Shown here in pieces: positions 32,970-44,128 of a stretch of DNA of 64,000 bases. The stretch is from contig CBDFJR010000005.1 in the NCBI GenBank assembly GCA_965248535.1, forward strand, positions 2,368,001 through 2,432,000, written 5' to 3'. Each line of letters begins with the position of its first letter. Position 1 is the stretch's first letter. A model generated the notes under the pieces. The model ran no database searches. It was not told the origin of the DNA and saw nothing but the letters and a program-made list of their open reading frames with translations. The position numbers were made by a program, and so were the translations under genes. The DNA is from Phormidesmis sp. (GTDB taxonomy: Bacteria > Cyanobacteriota > Cyanobacteriia > Leptolyngbyales > Leptolyngbyaceae).

Positions 32970-33955
32970 GATTGACCACCCGCGTTGAGAAACTTGACCA
33001 TAACGATCGCAATCATATTCACGATCAGCGTTAACGCAAACAGAATCAAAGCTAGATACATTAACGCACCGATGTGCAGTCCATCACTCGCTTCAGCGAA
33101 TTGATTAGCCAACAGAGCCGGAATGGTATTACCAGGGTTTAATAACGATGTGCTGATCTGATCAGAGTTGCCAATCACCATCGTGACGGCCATCGTCTCA
33201 CCTAATGCTCTGCCTAACCCCAACATAGCGGCTCCTAAAATACCAGAGATTGCCGACGGCAACAGCACTCTAAACGTAGTCTCCCACGGAGTCGCGCCTA
33301 AAGAAGCCGAAGCGCTGCGAAGTTCTTTAGGAATCGCAATTAACACGTCGCGGCTAATGGCGGCGATCGTGGGCAAAATCATAATCGCTAAAATAATTCC
33401 TGCGATCAACAAACTCGGCCCCGCAGGCTCAGAATTAAAAATAGGAATCCAGCTAAAGTGCTGAAATAACCCTTGTTGAATCGGCTGGAGGAATGGGATC
33501 AGCACAAAAATTCCCCACAAGCCGACAATCACACTGGGAATCGCGGCAATGAGTTCGACAATGAACGCGATCGGGGATCGTAACCACGGCGGCAAAAAGC
33601 TTTCACTCGTGACGATCGCCACCGCCAACCCGATCGGCAGGGCAATCAGTAGCGCGATCGCAGAACTCACTAACGTGCCATAGATATAGGGCAGTGCGCC
33701 AAAAGCGAGGGCATTAATATCCCAGTTTTGAGTTGTCAAAAAGCCTAGACCAAACCGCTCGATCGCGGGTCGAGCTTGCCCAAAAATCACCCAACTCATC
33801 CAGCCTAAAACAATCACGACCGACACCGACACCGCTTGAACCAGCCAGGTAAACCCCTGATCAATCAAAGAGTGGTTGCCTTCTTGACCCGTGAGATCAG
33901 TTCCTGGGAGGTCTCGACCGACAGATTTATGGGCAGGCTCAGGGGATGCGGTCAT
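32966..33955 (-). CDS. pstC: phosphate ABC transporter permease
   Basis: AAIPSVIVGLWG, GRALGETMAVTMVIGN. Confidence 0.95.
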   Translation of the reverse strand: MTASPEPAHKSVGRDLPGTDLTGQEGNHSLIDQGFTWLVQAVSVSVVIVLGWMSWVIFGQARPAIERFGLGFLTTQNWDINALAFGALPYIYGTLVSSAIALLIALPIGLAVAIVTSESFLPPWLRSPIAFIVELIAAIPSVIVGLWGIFVLIPFLQPIQQGLFQHFSWIPIFNSEPAGPSLLIAGIILAIMILPTIAAISRDVLIAIPKELRSASASLGATPWETTFRVLLPSAISGILGAAMLGLGRALGETMAVTMVIGNSDQISTSLLNPGNTIPALLANQFAEASDGLHIGALMYLALILFALTLIVNMIAIVMVKFLNAGGQS

Positions 33956-33993
33956 GAGTTTATCTGACTCTGATGGGTGAATGGGCTAGACCC

Positions 33994-34026
33994 ACGTAGG
34001 GGCATGGCAACGCCACACCCCTACGT
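33994..34026. repeat. REP-like hairpin between porin and pstC
   Basis: ACGTAGGGG-CATGGCAACGCCACA-CCCCTACGT. Confidence 0.65.
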
Positions 34027-34087
34027 AAATCTTTGACCTAATTGTCTTGACGATCGACAAGAGTTCTTGAGACCACAAAGTGGTTCT

Positions 34088-35881
34088 TTAGAACACGAAG
34101 GTTGTGCGAATGGTGCCAATATACTCAGTGGCGTTGCTGCTGTTGTGTTCTGGGTTCAAGATCACGAGCAGACCCGGTGTGATCGAGATGTTGTCATTGA
34201 GGCGATAGCGATAAAAGCCCTCGACATGGAGAGAGGTATCGAGATCGCGACGACGCGCTTGGTTGACGAGGGGGTTTCTGACTCCATAGTCGCTGCCCGA
34301 CGTTTTAGGAGGCATTCCGACAACGATGCCTGCCAGGTTGCCTTCTTTTAAGAAATCAGGGAACGCCAAGGTCACGGCCCAGTTCCAGATGTTGGCAATG
34401 TCGCCTTTGTTGATAATCGGGTTAGCAGGGATGTTGCCTCCTGTCTTTAAGGCTTCGGCGCGGGTGTAGCCACCCCATGCCGAGATAATCATGCCAGGGT
34501 TGAGCCGGAAGCTTCCTTCTAGCCCAAACGCATTGGTTTTCGTCGGCGTGATGTTAACAGCGTTGTTAAAGGGGCTGTCAGCAAACGCGCTGCCAGTGCC
34601 GCCTGAGATGCCAACGCCGTTGCGGTAATAGCCGTTCACATAGGTGAAACCGAGACTCAGTGCAGGTGTGGGCTGAAACACCAGTTGACCTAGGGCAGCA
34701 TAGTTGCCGTTAAACAAGCCGTTGCCGTCAACTGGGTTGCTAGCAATTGCAGTCGGCACCAGGTAACCCAAAGACAGACTAAATTTACTGCCGAGGGTAT
34801 ATTCTGAACCGAACTTGTGGTTGAGAACCAATCCAGTACCCGTGGCGGCGCGGTAGATGGGGTTAAATCGACCAAAGCGCGAAATCGAACCGTTGGCGCT
34901 AGATTCGGTCGGACTCAGCGTAGGCACGATGTCGTTATATTCCAGACCATCGTTGGTGCCCGTGCCGATATAGACGGTTGTCAAATCTCCCAGCGGGAAG
35001 CGATATTCTAACCGTGAGAGTTCGACGGAGTTGCCGTTATCGCCATCAAAGCCTAGCCGGGTCATGTTAGTGCCCGTGGTGGCAGTGTTAAACGCGACGG
35101 TGTTTCTGGCTTGTAGTCGAGTTCTCAAGCGGTCTTTGCCTGAGAAACTGGTGTCAAGGTTGAGTCGAACCCGATCGCTAAAGATCGTGTTTTCGCGCAC
35201 ACTGCGACCGTTAGGAAGAAACGTGTTGCGCTGCGCTTCTCTCTGAGCAGGCGTGAGGGCTGGGTTATCGACTTGACGCTGTTGGTCAGAGGTGAGGGCC
35301 CGATCGTCCCCAATGGCACCACTGACAGCAAAGATAATCTCGCCGTTGAGCTTGGTCGTTGTTGAAAATTGCTGCTTTTCTAAAGTAGTGGTGCGCGCTT
35401 CGAGGGCATCTACTTGACCGCGCAGGGTTGCCAACTCAGCCGCAAATTCTTCTTGTAGCTTTTGCAGAGTCGCTAAGTCTTCTTTTTTGACCAAATCAGC
35501 CGTTGATGCCGCGATTAACTCGTTGACGCGATCGAGACACGCATTCAACCCGGCCGCAAACTCAAAGCGAGACAGGGCCCGATTGCCGCGATAGGTTTTA
35601 TCGGGGTAGCCTGCAATGCAGCCATAGCGCTCGACTAAAGATTGTAGTGCCTGAAAAGCCCAGTCAGTGGGTCTGACATCTGAGAGTTGGGACACTGAGG
35701 TGACTTGACCCAAAATCACAGCAGGATTTGCGGGCAAAGTCTCGATCGAGGCAACTGAGGGGGCCTCTTGTTTCAAAGCGGGGTTAACTGTTGTCTGCGC
35801 TGAGGCACAGGCCGCAACTAATGCGGACGCACCCAAAAGCATTGGGGTAACTAGCAGTGATCTCCAAATCGTTAGAGACAT
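34088..35881 (-). CDS. SLH + OprB-type cyanobacterial porin (Som / iron-uptake porin family)
   Basis: SVSQLSDVRPTDWAFQALQSLVERYGC SLH domain, FSTTTKLNGE, terminal GTIRTTFVF. Confidence 0.93.
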   Translation of the reverse strand: MSLTIWRSLLVTPMLLGASALVAACASAQTTVNPALKQEAPSVASIETLPANPAVILGQVTSVSQLSDVRPTDWAFQALQSLVERYGCIAGYPDKTYRGNRALSRFEFAAGLNACLDRVNELIAASTADLVKKEDLATLQKLQEEFAAELATLRGQVDALEARTTTLEKQQFSTTTKLNGEIIFAVSGAIGDDRALTSDQQRQVDNPALTPAQREAQRNTFLPNGRSVRENTIFSDRVRLNLDTSFSGKDRLRTRLQARNTVAFNTATTGTNMTRLGFDGDNGNSVELSRLEYRFPLGDLTTVYIGTGTNDGLEYNDIVPTLSPTESSANGSISRFGRFNPIYRAATGTGLVLNHKFGSEYTLGSKFSLSLGYLVPTAIASNPVDGNGLFNGNYAALGQLVFQPTPALSLGFTYVNGYYRNGVGISGGTGSAFADSPFNNAVNITPTKTNAFGLEGSFRLNPGMIISAWGGYTRAEALKTGGNIPANPIINKGDIANIWNWAVTLAFPDFLKEGNLAGIVVGMPPKTSGSDYGVRNPLVNQARRRDLDTSLHVEGFYRYRLNDNISITPGLLVILNPEHNSSNATEYIGTIRTTFVF

Positions 35882-35950
35882 TTCAACTCCTCACATTTTA
35901 AAAGACTGAGAACCGATGGATGACGGACTACGATCGTCCCTGATTGAGTT

Positions 35951-35980
35951 TTAGGGACGATTTAGATAAATCGCCCCTAA
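35951..35980. repeat. hairpin between pstS and porin
   Basis: TTAGGGACGATTTA-GA-TAAATCGCCCCTAA; the one mismatch is a G-U pair on the minus-strand RNA. Confidence 0.65.
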
Positions 35981-35992
35981 GAGTATAAATGA

Positions 35993-37030
35993 CTAGGGCC
36001 TAACTTCGCTCTTGACCGTTTGCAAAGCGCGGGCTGCCGTTTCAGTAGGAATGCTCGTGTATTGAAGGCTGTTGTTGAGCTTTTGACCGTCGGTTAGCAC
36101 CCACTCAATCCATTTCTTCATGGCTGCTGCTTTATCCGGATCATATTGCTTATAAACCATCATCCAGGTTAGCCCGGTGATGGGGTAGCCAGCTTTGGGA
36201 TCGCCTTCAAACACGCGAAAGTTGGCAGGAAATGTAACGGTCGAGAGGGCTTCGTTAGCTGACTCAACCGAGGGCATCATGAATTCGCCCTTTTGGTTTT
36301 GCACTTGAGCGATCGACAGGTTGTTTTGTTTGGCGTAAGCATATTCAACATAGCCAACACTGTTAGCGGTGCGCGACACCTGAGCCGCAACGCCTGCATT
36401 GCCCTTGCCTTTGATGGGGTTGGTCGTCCATTTAGGAGCCGTGCCAAACCCGACTCTGCCCTTAAAGTAGGGGCTAACCGTGCTCAAGTGATTGGTGAAA
36501 ATAAAGGTGGTGCCGCTGCCATCGGCCCGGACAACGCTCTTGATTTCGGTGTTGGGTAGATTGACACCCGGATTGTCTTTGACAATTTTAGGATCGTTCC
36601 ACCGAGTGATTTTTCCGGCAAAAATTTCGGGCAGAGCGGTGCGAGATAGTTTGAGTCCAGAAACGCCCGGAAGGTTATAGACCACGGCAACTGCGCCGCC
36701 TGCGGTGGGCACCAAAATCACCCCTTTTCCGACTTTCTTGATGTCGTCATCGGTCATGGCCGCGTCACTGCCGCCAAAATCGACTACGCCTGCAATGACT
36801 TGTTTGATGCCGCCACCGCTGCCGATCGCTTGATAGTTGACCTTGATGTCAGGATTTTTGCTCTGAAATTCAGCAATATAGCGCTCATAAAGGGGAGCCG
36901 GGAAGGTGGCTCCGGCACCGTTGAGCGTGACGGCTTGCGCGATCGCCGTGAGGATCGGCCCAAAGGCGATTGCTGCGGTGACAACTGAGGTTGTTAAGGT
37001 TCGACGAAAAGCAACTGTTGAAAAAGCCAT
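35993..37030 (-). CDS. pstS: phosphate ABC transporter substrate-binding protein
   Basis: GAGATFPAPLY, GSGGG, RADGSGTT, GYVEY, YPI; start MAFST at 37030 preferred to the TTG at 37123. Confidence 0.95.
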   Translation of the reverse strand: MAFSTVAFRRTLTTSVVTAAIAFGPILTAIAQAVTLNGAGATFPAPLYERYIAEFQSKNPDIKVNYQAIGSGGGIKQVIAGVVDFGGSDAAMTDDDIKKVGKGVILVPTAGGAVAVVYNLPGVSGLKLSRTALPEIFAGKITRWNDPKIVKDNPGVNLPNTEIKSVVRADGSGTTFIFTNHLSTVSPYFKGRVGFGTAPKWTTNPIKGKGNAGVAAQVSRTANSVGYVEYAYAKQNNLSIAQVQNQKGEFMMPSVESANEALSTVTFPANFRVFEGDPKAGYPITGLTWMMVYKQYDPDKAAAMKKWIEWVLTDGQKLNNSLQYTSIPTETAARALQTVKSEVRP

Positions 37031-37139
37031 TGTGCGGTCCTCAAGCAAAGACTGATTAGAAATTGAGTGATCAATCAAACAATCTCTGACAACCCTACAA
37101 TTGAAGTGGTTAAGCACAAACAAACGGACGAATAAATAA

Positions 37140-37169
37140 TTGTTAATTTTGGGTAAAGTTCAGTTTAAG
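37140..37169 (-). promoter_or_regulatory. Pho box (SphR/PhoB site)
   Basis: Minus strand CTTAAACT-gaa-CTTTACCC-aaa-ATTAACAA: three PyTTAAPyPy(T/A)-like units at 11-nt period upstream of pstS. Confidence 0.75.
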
Positions 37170-37623
37170 GCGAACTTTAATTTGGGGTTGTCTCAGTGTT
37201 TCGGCTTAAAAAGTCTGCGCTCAATCATCACAGGTGACATTCTTAGGTACAATCTCTCTGAGGGATGATTATCTGAGACTAAGAACCTAGAAACTTTTGA
37301 AATCAAAGATTTAGAGCCGTTTAGAGAACTTGAGACAAATCCTAGATTGTTGCCGTTGAGAATTGAACTAGCGGCGATCGCTTCGTGATTGATGCAGTCA
37401 TTTTTGTTGACTATCGTATGATTGAATGCTGAATTTGCAGACCTTGGCTGATGAGCAAATCTAGGTTGATGCGGGATTTAGATCTCATCAACTTTAAGGT
37501 TCAAAACCGCTTGAATCTAGCGCGATTTGTTGTTTAAACTACTGATGAAACCCGTTTTGTTTTGCACGATCGCTGTGCCGAAGTGATTTTAGATTTCAGC
37601 CCCCCTTATTCTCAACAACCGTC

Positions 37624-38742
37624 ATGCAGAGCGAATTCGGAAAACTTCCGTCCATTCCCCAATTTTCTTTCTTCAACAATTTGCCTGCTCCGGTAAAAGC
37701 CCTAGTGAGACCGATGTTGTTTGCTTCAGTGGGGCTTCATGCGCTGTTCTTGTTTGTGCCCCTTCCGGGCGAACATCAGCCACCAAAACCTGCTCCAGAA
37801 AAGACGGTTAAAGTCACTCAGCTACCGCCTGCCAGCAAATCAAAGTCCAATGTTCCAGCGTTGCCCAAAGTCGCGATCGCGCCTCCAAAACCTGTGATCC
37901 CGGCGGCTCGCCCCAATGCGATCACGATTCCTGCGCTGATCAAGCCCATCCCGGTTGCTCAACCCACCCCCGCAGCAGCCGCCCCTCCAAAACCGACTCC
38001 GGCAGCGACACCCGGCAGTGACGCTCCACCAGCGACGGCTGCCGCTAACAACCCGTTTGCCGATTTTCCGCACTATGCCAACGCTACGCCGGGTTCTTTT
38101 GGGTCACTGTCGGCCGGGTTAGACCCTTCAAGTTTTCAGACTAGCGATCCCTTAGCGACTGTGGAAGGGTTCTTCACCAAAGAACTCCCTAAAAAGCAGT
38201 TTGAAATGGGGACTCCGACCAATCTGGGCAGCGTTAAAGTGATTTCAGTCACTAAGGGTGGCGTGACAAAATATCTGCACCTGCTGGCCCGCGACGGCAA
38301 GGGAACGGTCTTTTTGCTGCTAGACACTCCGATCGATATCAACTCGCTCCCCAAAGACACCAAAATTGCCACGGAGCCACCTGAAAAGCTAGAGCTAACG
38401 CAAAGCTTTACCGATCTTGCCGAGCAGGTCAACTTTGTCACCAACAACCCTGACACAGAATTGAGCGACCCGACTAGTTTTATTTCAGCGCCGGGCATTG
38501 AGTTTGACCAGGGCAAAGCAACCGAAATCGGAGCAGGCGCGACGGTTCAGCTAGCGCAATTAGATGCCATGGTGCAGACAAAATTAGCTAGCATTGGGTT
38601 TACGGTGAGCGCAGCGGCCCCTTATGGCGGCGGCAGTGTTTACCAGATCACTAAAAATTCCTACACGCGCTATCTGGCGATCGCGCCGACTAAAGATGGC
38701 GGTGGCTGGGTCTATGTTTTTGAGAAGGCTCCTAGTCGGTAG
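37624..38742 (+). CDS. membrane-anchored proline-rich protein (TonB/TolA-like N-terminus)
   Basis: TM helix with SVGLH, long Pro/Ala linker, globular C-terminus. Confidence 0.65.
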   Translation: MQSEFGKLPSIPQFSFFNNLPAPVKALVRPMLFASVGLHALFLFVPLPGEHQPPKPAPEKTVKVTQLPPASKSKSNVPALPKVAIAPPKPVIPAARPNAITIPALIKPIPVAQPTPAAAAPPKPTPAATPGSDAPPATAAANNPFADFPHYANATPGSFGSLSAGLDPSSFQTSDPLATVEGFFTKELPKKQFEMGTPTNLGSVKVISVTKGGVTKYLHLLARDGKGTVFLLLDTPIDINSLPKDTKIATEPPEKLELTQSFTDLAEQVNFVTNNPDTELSDPTSFISAPGIEFDQGKATEIGAGATVQLAQLDAMVQTKLASIGFTVSAAAPYGGGSVYQITKNSYTRYLAIAPTKDGGGWVYVFEKAPSR

Positions 38743-38750
38743 AGGTTGCC

Positions 38751-39290
38751 ATGAGTGAACAACTAGAGATCATTGAATTGGGACATCCGATATTGCGTCA
38801 GATTGCCCAGCCGATTTTGGACGTTGGGGATCACGTCCTGCAAACGCTGATTGATGATTTATTGTTGACCGTCAAACAGGCGAATGGGGTCGGCATTGCG
38901 GCCCCGCAGGTTGCCCGATCATGGCAGTTGATGATTATCGCCTCTCGCCCAAACCCTCGTTACCCGACTGCGCCAGAGATGGAGCCGATGGCGATTTTAA
39001 ACCCGCGAATTTTGTCCCACTCTACGGAGACCGCGATCGGGTGGGAAGGCTGTCTGAGCGTTCCGGGGCTGCGGGGTCAAGTGCCGAGATATCGGGCCGT
39101 AGAGATCGAATACCTCGATCGCCAAGGCAGGTTGCAAAAAATGGAGATGACCGATTTCGTTGCCCGCATTTTTCAGCACGAGTTTGATCATTTGAAGGGG
39201 ATGGTGTTTCTCGATCGGGTCGAGACCCTTGAAGCGATCGCAACCGAACAGGACTATCAGCGACAACTAGCAGCCTCAGCGAAAGAATAA
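38751..39290 (+). CDS. def: peptide deformylase
   Basis: GVGIAAPQ, EGCLS, QHEFDH. Confidence 0.96.
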   Translation: MSEQLEIIELGHPILRQIAQPILDVGDHVLQTLIDDLLLTVKQANGVGIAAPQVARSWQLMIIASRPNPRYPTAPEMEPMAILNPRILSHSTETAIGWEGCLSVPGLRGQVPRYRAVEIEYLDRQGRLQKMEMTDFVARIFQHEFDHLKGMVFLDRVETLEAIATEQDYQRQLAASAKE

Positions 39291-39647
39291 ATAGCGCGCT
39301 CCAATGCCAAATAGAAAAACACCGTAGAGTTTTTTCATTATCTCACTGCTGATAAAGGGTTGATTAGCAAACAGCGCTCCGAACAAATTGCCGACCAATA
39401 AACCTAGCGCGATCAAGACCGCATCTCGAATGTTGAGATTGCCATTGCGCTGATAGACAATCGCGCCGAGGATTCCGATCGGAAGAATTTGAGCCGCCAG
39501 TGACGTTCCGGTGGCAAATTTTTGATCCATTCCCATTAACAGCACCATTGCCGGAACCATGATCGCGCCGCCCCCAATGCCAAACATTCCGCCTGCAATG
39601 CCCGCCACCAACCCAATCACCAATAGCTGAATGATCTCAGTAGACAT
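39276..39647 (-). CDS. TauE/SafE family permease (half-size)
   Basis: GGMFGIGGGAIMVP, ATGTSLA. Confidence 0.85.
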   Translation of the reverse strand: MSTEIIQLLVIGLVAGIAGGMFGIGGGAIMVPAMVLLMGMDQKFATGTSLAAQILPIGILGAIVYQRNGNLNIRDAVLIALGLLVGNLFGALFANQPFISSEIMKKLYGVFLFGIGARYLFFR

Positions 39648-39768
39648 CTGATAAGCCCCCTTTAGCCGTGTTTGTAGAAGACTTTATCCTAGAGCAACTC
39701 TTCTCAAAAAAGCGTCACCAAAGCTAGATTATTTGATCTGGCGATAGAGCCATTAGCCGATCGTGCAA

Positions 39769-39945
39769 TTATTCTATTTCTCGGCAGACGAGATGGGCCA
39801 AAACCTGAGCCTTGCTGAGTTCGTTGACCAGTCGCTGCGCTTGATGCTTGTAGAGTGGATAGTCTAAACCACCTAACCCACAGACCAAAAAAGTAGTTGA
39901 GTCTAAGCTTAAGTCCGTTTTGTTAGAGGGTATTGCTGGATTCAT
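39769..39945 (-). pseudogene. 58-aa ORF, possible remnant of a TrkA-N/K+ channel gene
   Basis: Manual translation MNPAIPSNKTDLSLDSTTFLVCGLGGLDYPLYK...; FLVCGLG resembles a Rossmann-fold start; next to a MITE-like element. Confidence 0.3.
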
Positions 39946-39992
39946 GAATAGACGATTGAGGGAATGGACTTCTCCAGATCTGCGACTTCTTC

Positions 39993-40252
39993 AGATCCCC
40001 GACTTCTTCAACTCGACTTTAGCCATTTACGAGTTTGCTGGGTTACAGCAGCATCAGGGTTTCATGGAATGACCAGGGATTAAAACCGGACTACCCATTT
40101 GAGGCACTCCGGTTTAATTCTAAATTCCCGCCCTGTAAGGGTTTCGGGATTTTGCTTCCAAATTGCTCTGATCCGCACTGCGATCGCCGTTCAAGGCAGT
40201 GAACTCCATAACTCTCAAATGGCTAAAGTCGAGTTCAAGAAGTCGGGGATCT
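39993..40252. mobile_element. MITE-like element with 43-bp terminal inverted repeats
   Basis: 39993-40035 AGATCCCCGACTTCTTCAACTCGACTTTAGCCATTTACGAGTT vs reverse complement of 40210-40252: 40/43 match; no transposase. Confidence 0.6.
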
Positions 40253-40258
40253 TCGCCT

Positions 40259-43200
40259 CTAGCGATAGAGCCAGACTCTCAGCAGCGACAGTAATTGATC
40301 GGTGTCTACGGGTTTTGTGATGTAGTCTGATGCGCCCGCTTCAATACATTTTTCTCGATCGCCCTGCATGGCTTTTGCCGTTAGCGAAATGATTGGCAGA
40401 GCGCGAAACCGATCTTGCGATCGGATGGCGCGAGTTGCTTCATAGCCGTCCATTTCTGGCATCATCACGTCCATTAAAACAATGTTGACATCCACATTCT
40501 CTTCTAGGGTCGCGATGCCATCTCTGCCGTTTTCAGCAAACACGACCTGCATTTGATAGCGCTCCAATAAGCTAGTGATCGCAAAAATGTTTCGCACATC
40601 ATCATCAACGATGAGAACTTTTTTGCCCGTCAAAACCGAATCTGTTTGCCGTAAGTCTTCTAAAATTTGACGCTTAGGCTGCGGTAAATTAGCTTGGACT
40701 CGATGCAAAAATAACGCGGTTTCGTCGAGTAATCGTTCTGGCGATCGCACATCTTTAACAATGATCGTTTCGGCTAGTCGCTTCAGTTGAGTTTCTTCTT
40801 GACGAGTCAACTCTTTGCCTGTGTAAACCACGATCGGGGGTTTGGCCCGACCCGACTGCTGCCGAATCTGCTCCATTAGCTCAAAGCCATTCATATCGGG
40901 GAGGCCCAAGTCTAGAACAATGCAGTCAAAGTGGTTTGATTGCAGAGCCTCTAGCGCTTCTGCTCCTGAGTAGACAGCCATACTTTCAACATCACCGCTG
41001 CCAATCAATTCAATAATGCTTTGCGCTTGCACGGCATCATCTTCGATTACTAACAGGCGTTTAATCGGACGATCAACAAAACTCTTAATTTCAGATAACG
41101 CTGCCGTTAGCGACTCTGATGAAATTGGCTTTTGCAAATAATCCATCGCGCCAAGCTGGAAGCCTCGCTGCAAGCGATCGTCACTGGAAATAATGTGAAT
41201 GGGAATGTGACGAATATCGGGATCATGTTTGACGCGATCGAGCACCGTCCAGCCATCCATATCGGGGAGATGAATGTCAAGCAAAATGGCATCGGGCACA
41301 AACCGCCGCGCCAGATTGAGACCCGAACCGCCCCGCAGCGCCACCAAAACTTTAAAGCCCTGCTGTCTCGACAGATCGAGCAAAATCCGAGCAAAGTTAA
41401 TGTCATCTTCGATAATTAGCAAGACGCGATTTTCGTCTTGCTGATCTGAGCGATCGCCGGGTCGAATAATGTCACGATCGTCAGCAACTTCGTTAATCGA
41501 TAGGGTGGCCGTCACTGGCTCTGGCGCAGGCATTAATGGGTCAATCTGCACGGACACTTCAGGACGGCTGATCGCTTTGACGGGTGCTTGATAGGTTTGG
41601 GGCAGATAAAGCGAAAACGTGCTGCCCTCTCCGGGGTGGCTGACCAAATTGATCACGCCGCCCAAAAGATGAGCTAATTCACGGCTGATAGACAGCCCTA
41701 GCCCGGTTCCTCCATATTTGCGGCTGGTAGTGCCATCGGCTTGCTGAAACGCCTCAAAAATCACCTGCTGATGCTCGATCGGAACGCCAATGCCCGTGTC
41801 GGTGACTGAGAACGCGATCGTCGGATTTTCGGGCGATGTGTTGTCTAAGTCCATCTCTGCGGGATGAATGCGAAGCACGATGCTTCCCTGAGCCGTAAAT
41901 TTAAAGGCATTGGACAGTAGATTTTTGAGAATTTGTTGCAGACGTTTGGCATCGGTCAGAATGATCTGAGGCAGGTGATCATCAAGCTCGATCGCAAAGC
42001 TGAGTCCTTTTGCTTGAGCAACCTGCTGAAATGTGCCCCTCAAGAAGCTTTTGATATCAGCAAAGGATAGCCGTTCAGGGTCGATCGACAAAGTACCCGA
42101 TTCGATTTTTGCCAGATCTAGAATGTCGTTAATCAATTCCAGTAGGTCTCTGCCCGCCGAATGAATGGTGCGGCTATATTCCACTTGTTTAGTGCTCAGA
42201 TTGCCTTCAGCGTTATCTTTCAGCAATTGGGCCAAAATCAACAAACTGTTTAACGGCGTTCGCAACTCGTGAGACATATTCGCTAAGAATTCTGATTTAT
42301 ATCTCGACGACAGCGATAATTGCGCGGCCTTCTCTTCTAGCGCTTGTCTCGCTTCTTCAATCTCTTGATTTTTGTGTTCAACCTCTTGTTTCTGAGCTTC
42401 GAGCAATTCTGCTTTTTCTTCTAACTCTTCGTTTAACTGCTGCAATTCTTCGTTTGACTGCTGCAATTCTTCTTGCTGTTGCTGCAATCGTATCTCTGAC
42501 GCTTGCAGAATTTTTGCTTGTCCTTCCAGCTGCTGATTGCTTTCTTGTAGCTCTTCTTGTTGGGCTTGCAGTTCTTCGGCCAGGGTTTGGGTTTCTTCTA
42601 AAAGCTGCTGCGTTCGCATATCAGCCGTGATGGTGTTGAGGGCCACCCCGATCGTGGCACTCACTTCCTCTAAAAAGGTTAAATGAGCGTTGGTGAAGCG
42701 CTGCAATGATGCAAGCTCGATCACAGCGACTATCTGCTTTTCAAACATCACAGGCAACATAATCACGCTGCTTGGAGACGTACTTCCTAACGCTGAATGG
42801 ATATGAAAATAATCGCTGGAAACATCGTTTAGATGAATAGTGCGCTTCTCTAGAGCACACTGTCCGATTAATCCTTCGCCTAACGCGATCGAGTCAGACT
42901 GCGAAGCACTGCCTGCATAATTTCCCAAACGCCGCAATCGAGGTTGACCACTGGAGGAATCTAGCCCATAAAATGCGCCCTGCTGGGCATTGACGATCGT
43001 GGTCAAACTTGACAGCAGGGCGGTTGAGATCGCTGTTAGCCTGCGTTGACCTTGCAGCATTTGGCTCACTTCTGCCAGACTCGTTTTGAGCCAGGTTTGC
43101 GTCTCATTTTTTTGAGTGCTTTCGCGCAGGCCAATGATCATGTGATTGATGGTGCGCGATAACACTCCGACTTCATCTTGCCGTTCGGTGGCGGGCAAAC

Positions 43201-43897
43201 TCACTGATAAGTCACCCTGACCAATTTTTTCGGCGACGCTAGACACGTCATCAAGAGGTTTAGAGATGTGTCGGTTAAGCAAAATTCCCAATAGGGCAAG
43301 CAGCGTTAGCGAGAGGGCACCGCCATAGGTGATGCTGGCGATCGTGTCATGGACGGCCGCTTCAGCCGCCCCGGCACGCTGACGAAGCAAGCTTCGCTCT
43401 TCAGACTCCATCTGCCCGATGATGCGGCGAATATCATCCATCAACTGTTTGCCCCGATCGCTGCGAATGGTGACCAGCGCTACCTCAAGTCCTTTTGTTT
43501 GCCGCAGGCTGATCGTTTCTTTTAGCTCAGACAGCTTATCTCTAATTAAAGGTTCTAGCGTCTCAAGATTGCGCTGCTGACCGGGGTTATCTACGATTAG
43601 CTGCCGCACATCTTTGATCTTCTGAGCTAGCTTGGCGATCGCAGATTGATAAGGGTCAAGATAGCGAGATTCGCCCGTGAGAATGTAGCCTCGTTGCCCT
43701 GTTTCGGCATCTTTTGTGATGGAGAGAACCTCTTCTAACTCACTCAACACTTGGTAAGTGTGCGTCTCTTGACGGGCGCTCTCGGCTAGCTGATGAGTGC
43801 CGCGATAAGCAATAAACCCAACGATCGAAAAGACCACTAAGCCGAGGGCAAACCCTGATCCGATTTTGGTGCCAATTTTTAAACGGTTCAGCATCAA
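40259..43897 (-). CDS. CHASE3-HAMP-GAF hybrid histidine kinase with three receiver domains
   Basis: [13 protein letters not shown] (CHASE3), HAMP, GAF, Glu/Gln coiled coil, [10 protein letters not shown], three REC domains. Confidence 0.93.
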   Translation of the reverse strand: MMLNRLKIGTKIGSGFALGLVVFSIVGFIAYRGTHQLAESARQETHTYQVLSELEEVLSITKDAETGQRGYILTGESRYLDPYQSAIAKLAQKIKDVRQLIVDNPGQQRNLETLEPLIRDKLSELKETISLRQTKGLEVALVTIRSDRGKQLMDDIRRIIGQMESEERSLLRQRAGAAEAAVHDTIASITYGGALSLTLLALLGILLNRHISKPLDDVSSVAEKIGQGDLSVSLPATERQDEVGVLSRTINHMIIGLRESTQKNETQTWLKTSLAEVSQMLQGQRRLTAISTALLSSLTTIVNAQQGAFYGLDSSSGQPRLRRLGNYAGSASQSDSIALGEGLIGQCALEKRTIHLNDVSSDYFHIHSALGSTSPSSVIMLPVMFEKQIVAVIELASLQRFTNAHLTFLEEVSATIGVALNTITADMRTQQLLEETQTLAEELQAQQEELQESNQQLEGQAKILQASEIRLQQQQEELQQSNEELQQLNEELEEKAELLEAQKQEVEHKNQEIEEARQALEEKAAQLSLSSRYKSEFLANMSHELRTPLNSLLILAQLLKDNAEGNLSTKQVEYSRTIHSAGRDLLELINDILDLAKIESGTLSIDPERLSFADIKSFLRGTFQQVAQAKGLSFAIELDDHLPQIILTDAKRLQQILKNLLSNAFKFTAQGSIVLRIHPAEMDLDNTSPENPTIAFSVTDTGIGVPIEHQQVIFEAFQQADGTTSRKYGGTGLGLSISRELAHLLGGVINLVSHPGEGSTFSLYLPQTYQAPVKAISRPEVSVQIDPLMPAPEPVTATLSINEVADDRDIIRPGDRSDQQDENRVLLIIEDDINFARILLDLSRQQGFKVLVALRGGSGLNLARRFVPDAILLDIHLPDMDGWTVLDRVKHDPDIRHIPIHIISSDDRLQRGFQLGAMDYLQKPISSESLTAALSEIKSFVDRPIKRLLVIEDDAVQAQSIIELIGSGDVESMAVYSGAEALEALQSNHFDCIVLDLGLPDMNGFELMEQIRQQSGRAKPPIVVYTGKELTRQEETQLKRLAETIIVKDVRSPERLLDETALFLHRVQANLPQPKRQILEDLRQTDSVLTGKKVLIVDDDVRNIFAITSLLERYQMQVVFAENGRDGIATLEENVDVNIVLMDVMMPEMDGYEATRAIRSQDRFRALPIISLTAKAMQGDREKCIEAGASDYITKPVDTDQLLSLLRVWLYR

Positions 43898-44128
43898 GTT
43901 GCCCTACCTGTGGCGTTCTGTTGATTTAAGGATAGCGGAGTTTAAAGAGAAAGCAGTGAGTTGTTTGGGGTGAATTGTCTAGGTAGAGCGATCGTGCTTC
44001 CAAATCACAAATCCTAGGCGTAAACATCCCCATTGCTGTAGATTTATGCCGTTAAAAATATAAGTATTTCTTTGAGTAGCCTTCAGAAATTGGTATCTTT
44101 TTTGACAAAGGATAAGGCGCAAATCTCT

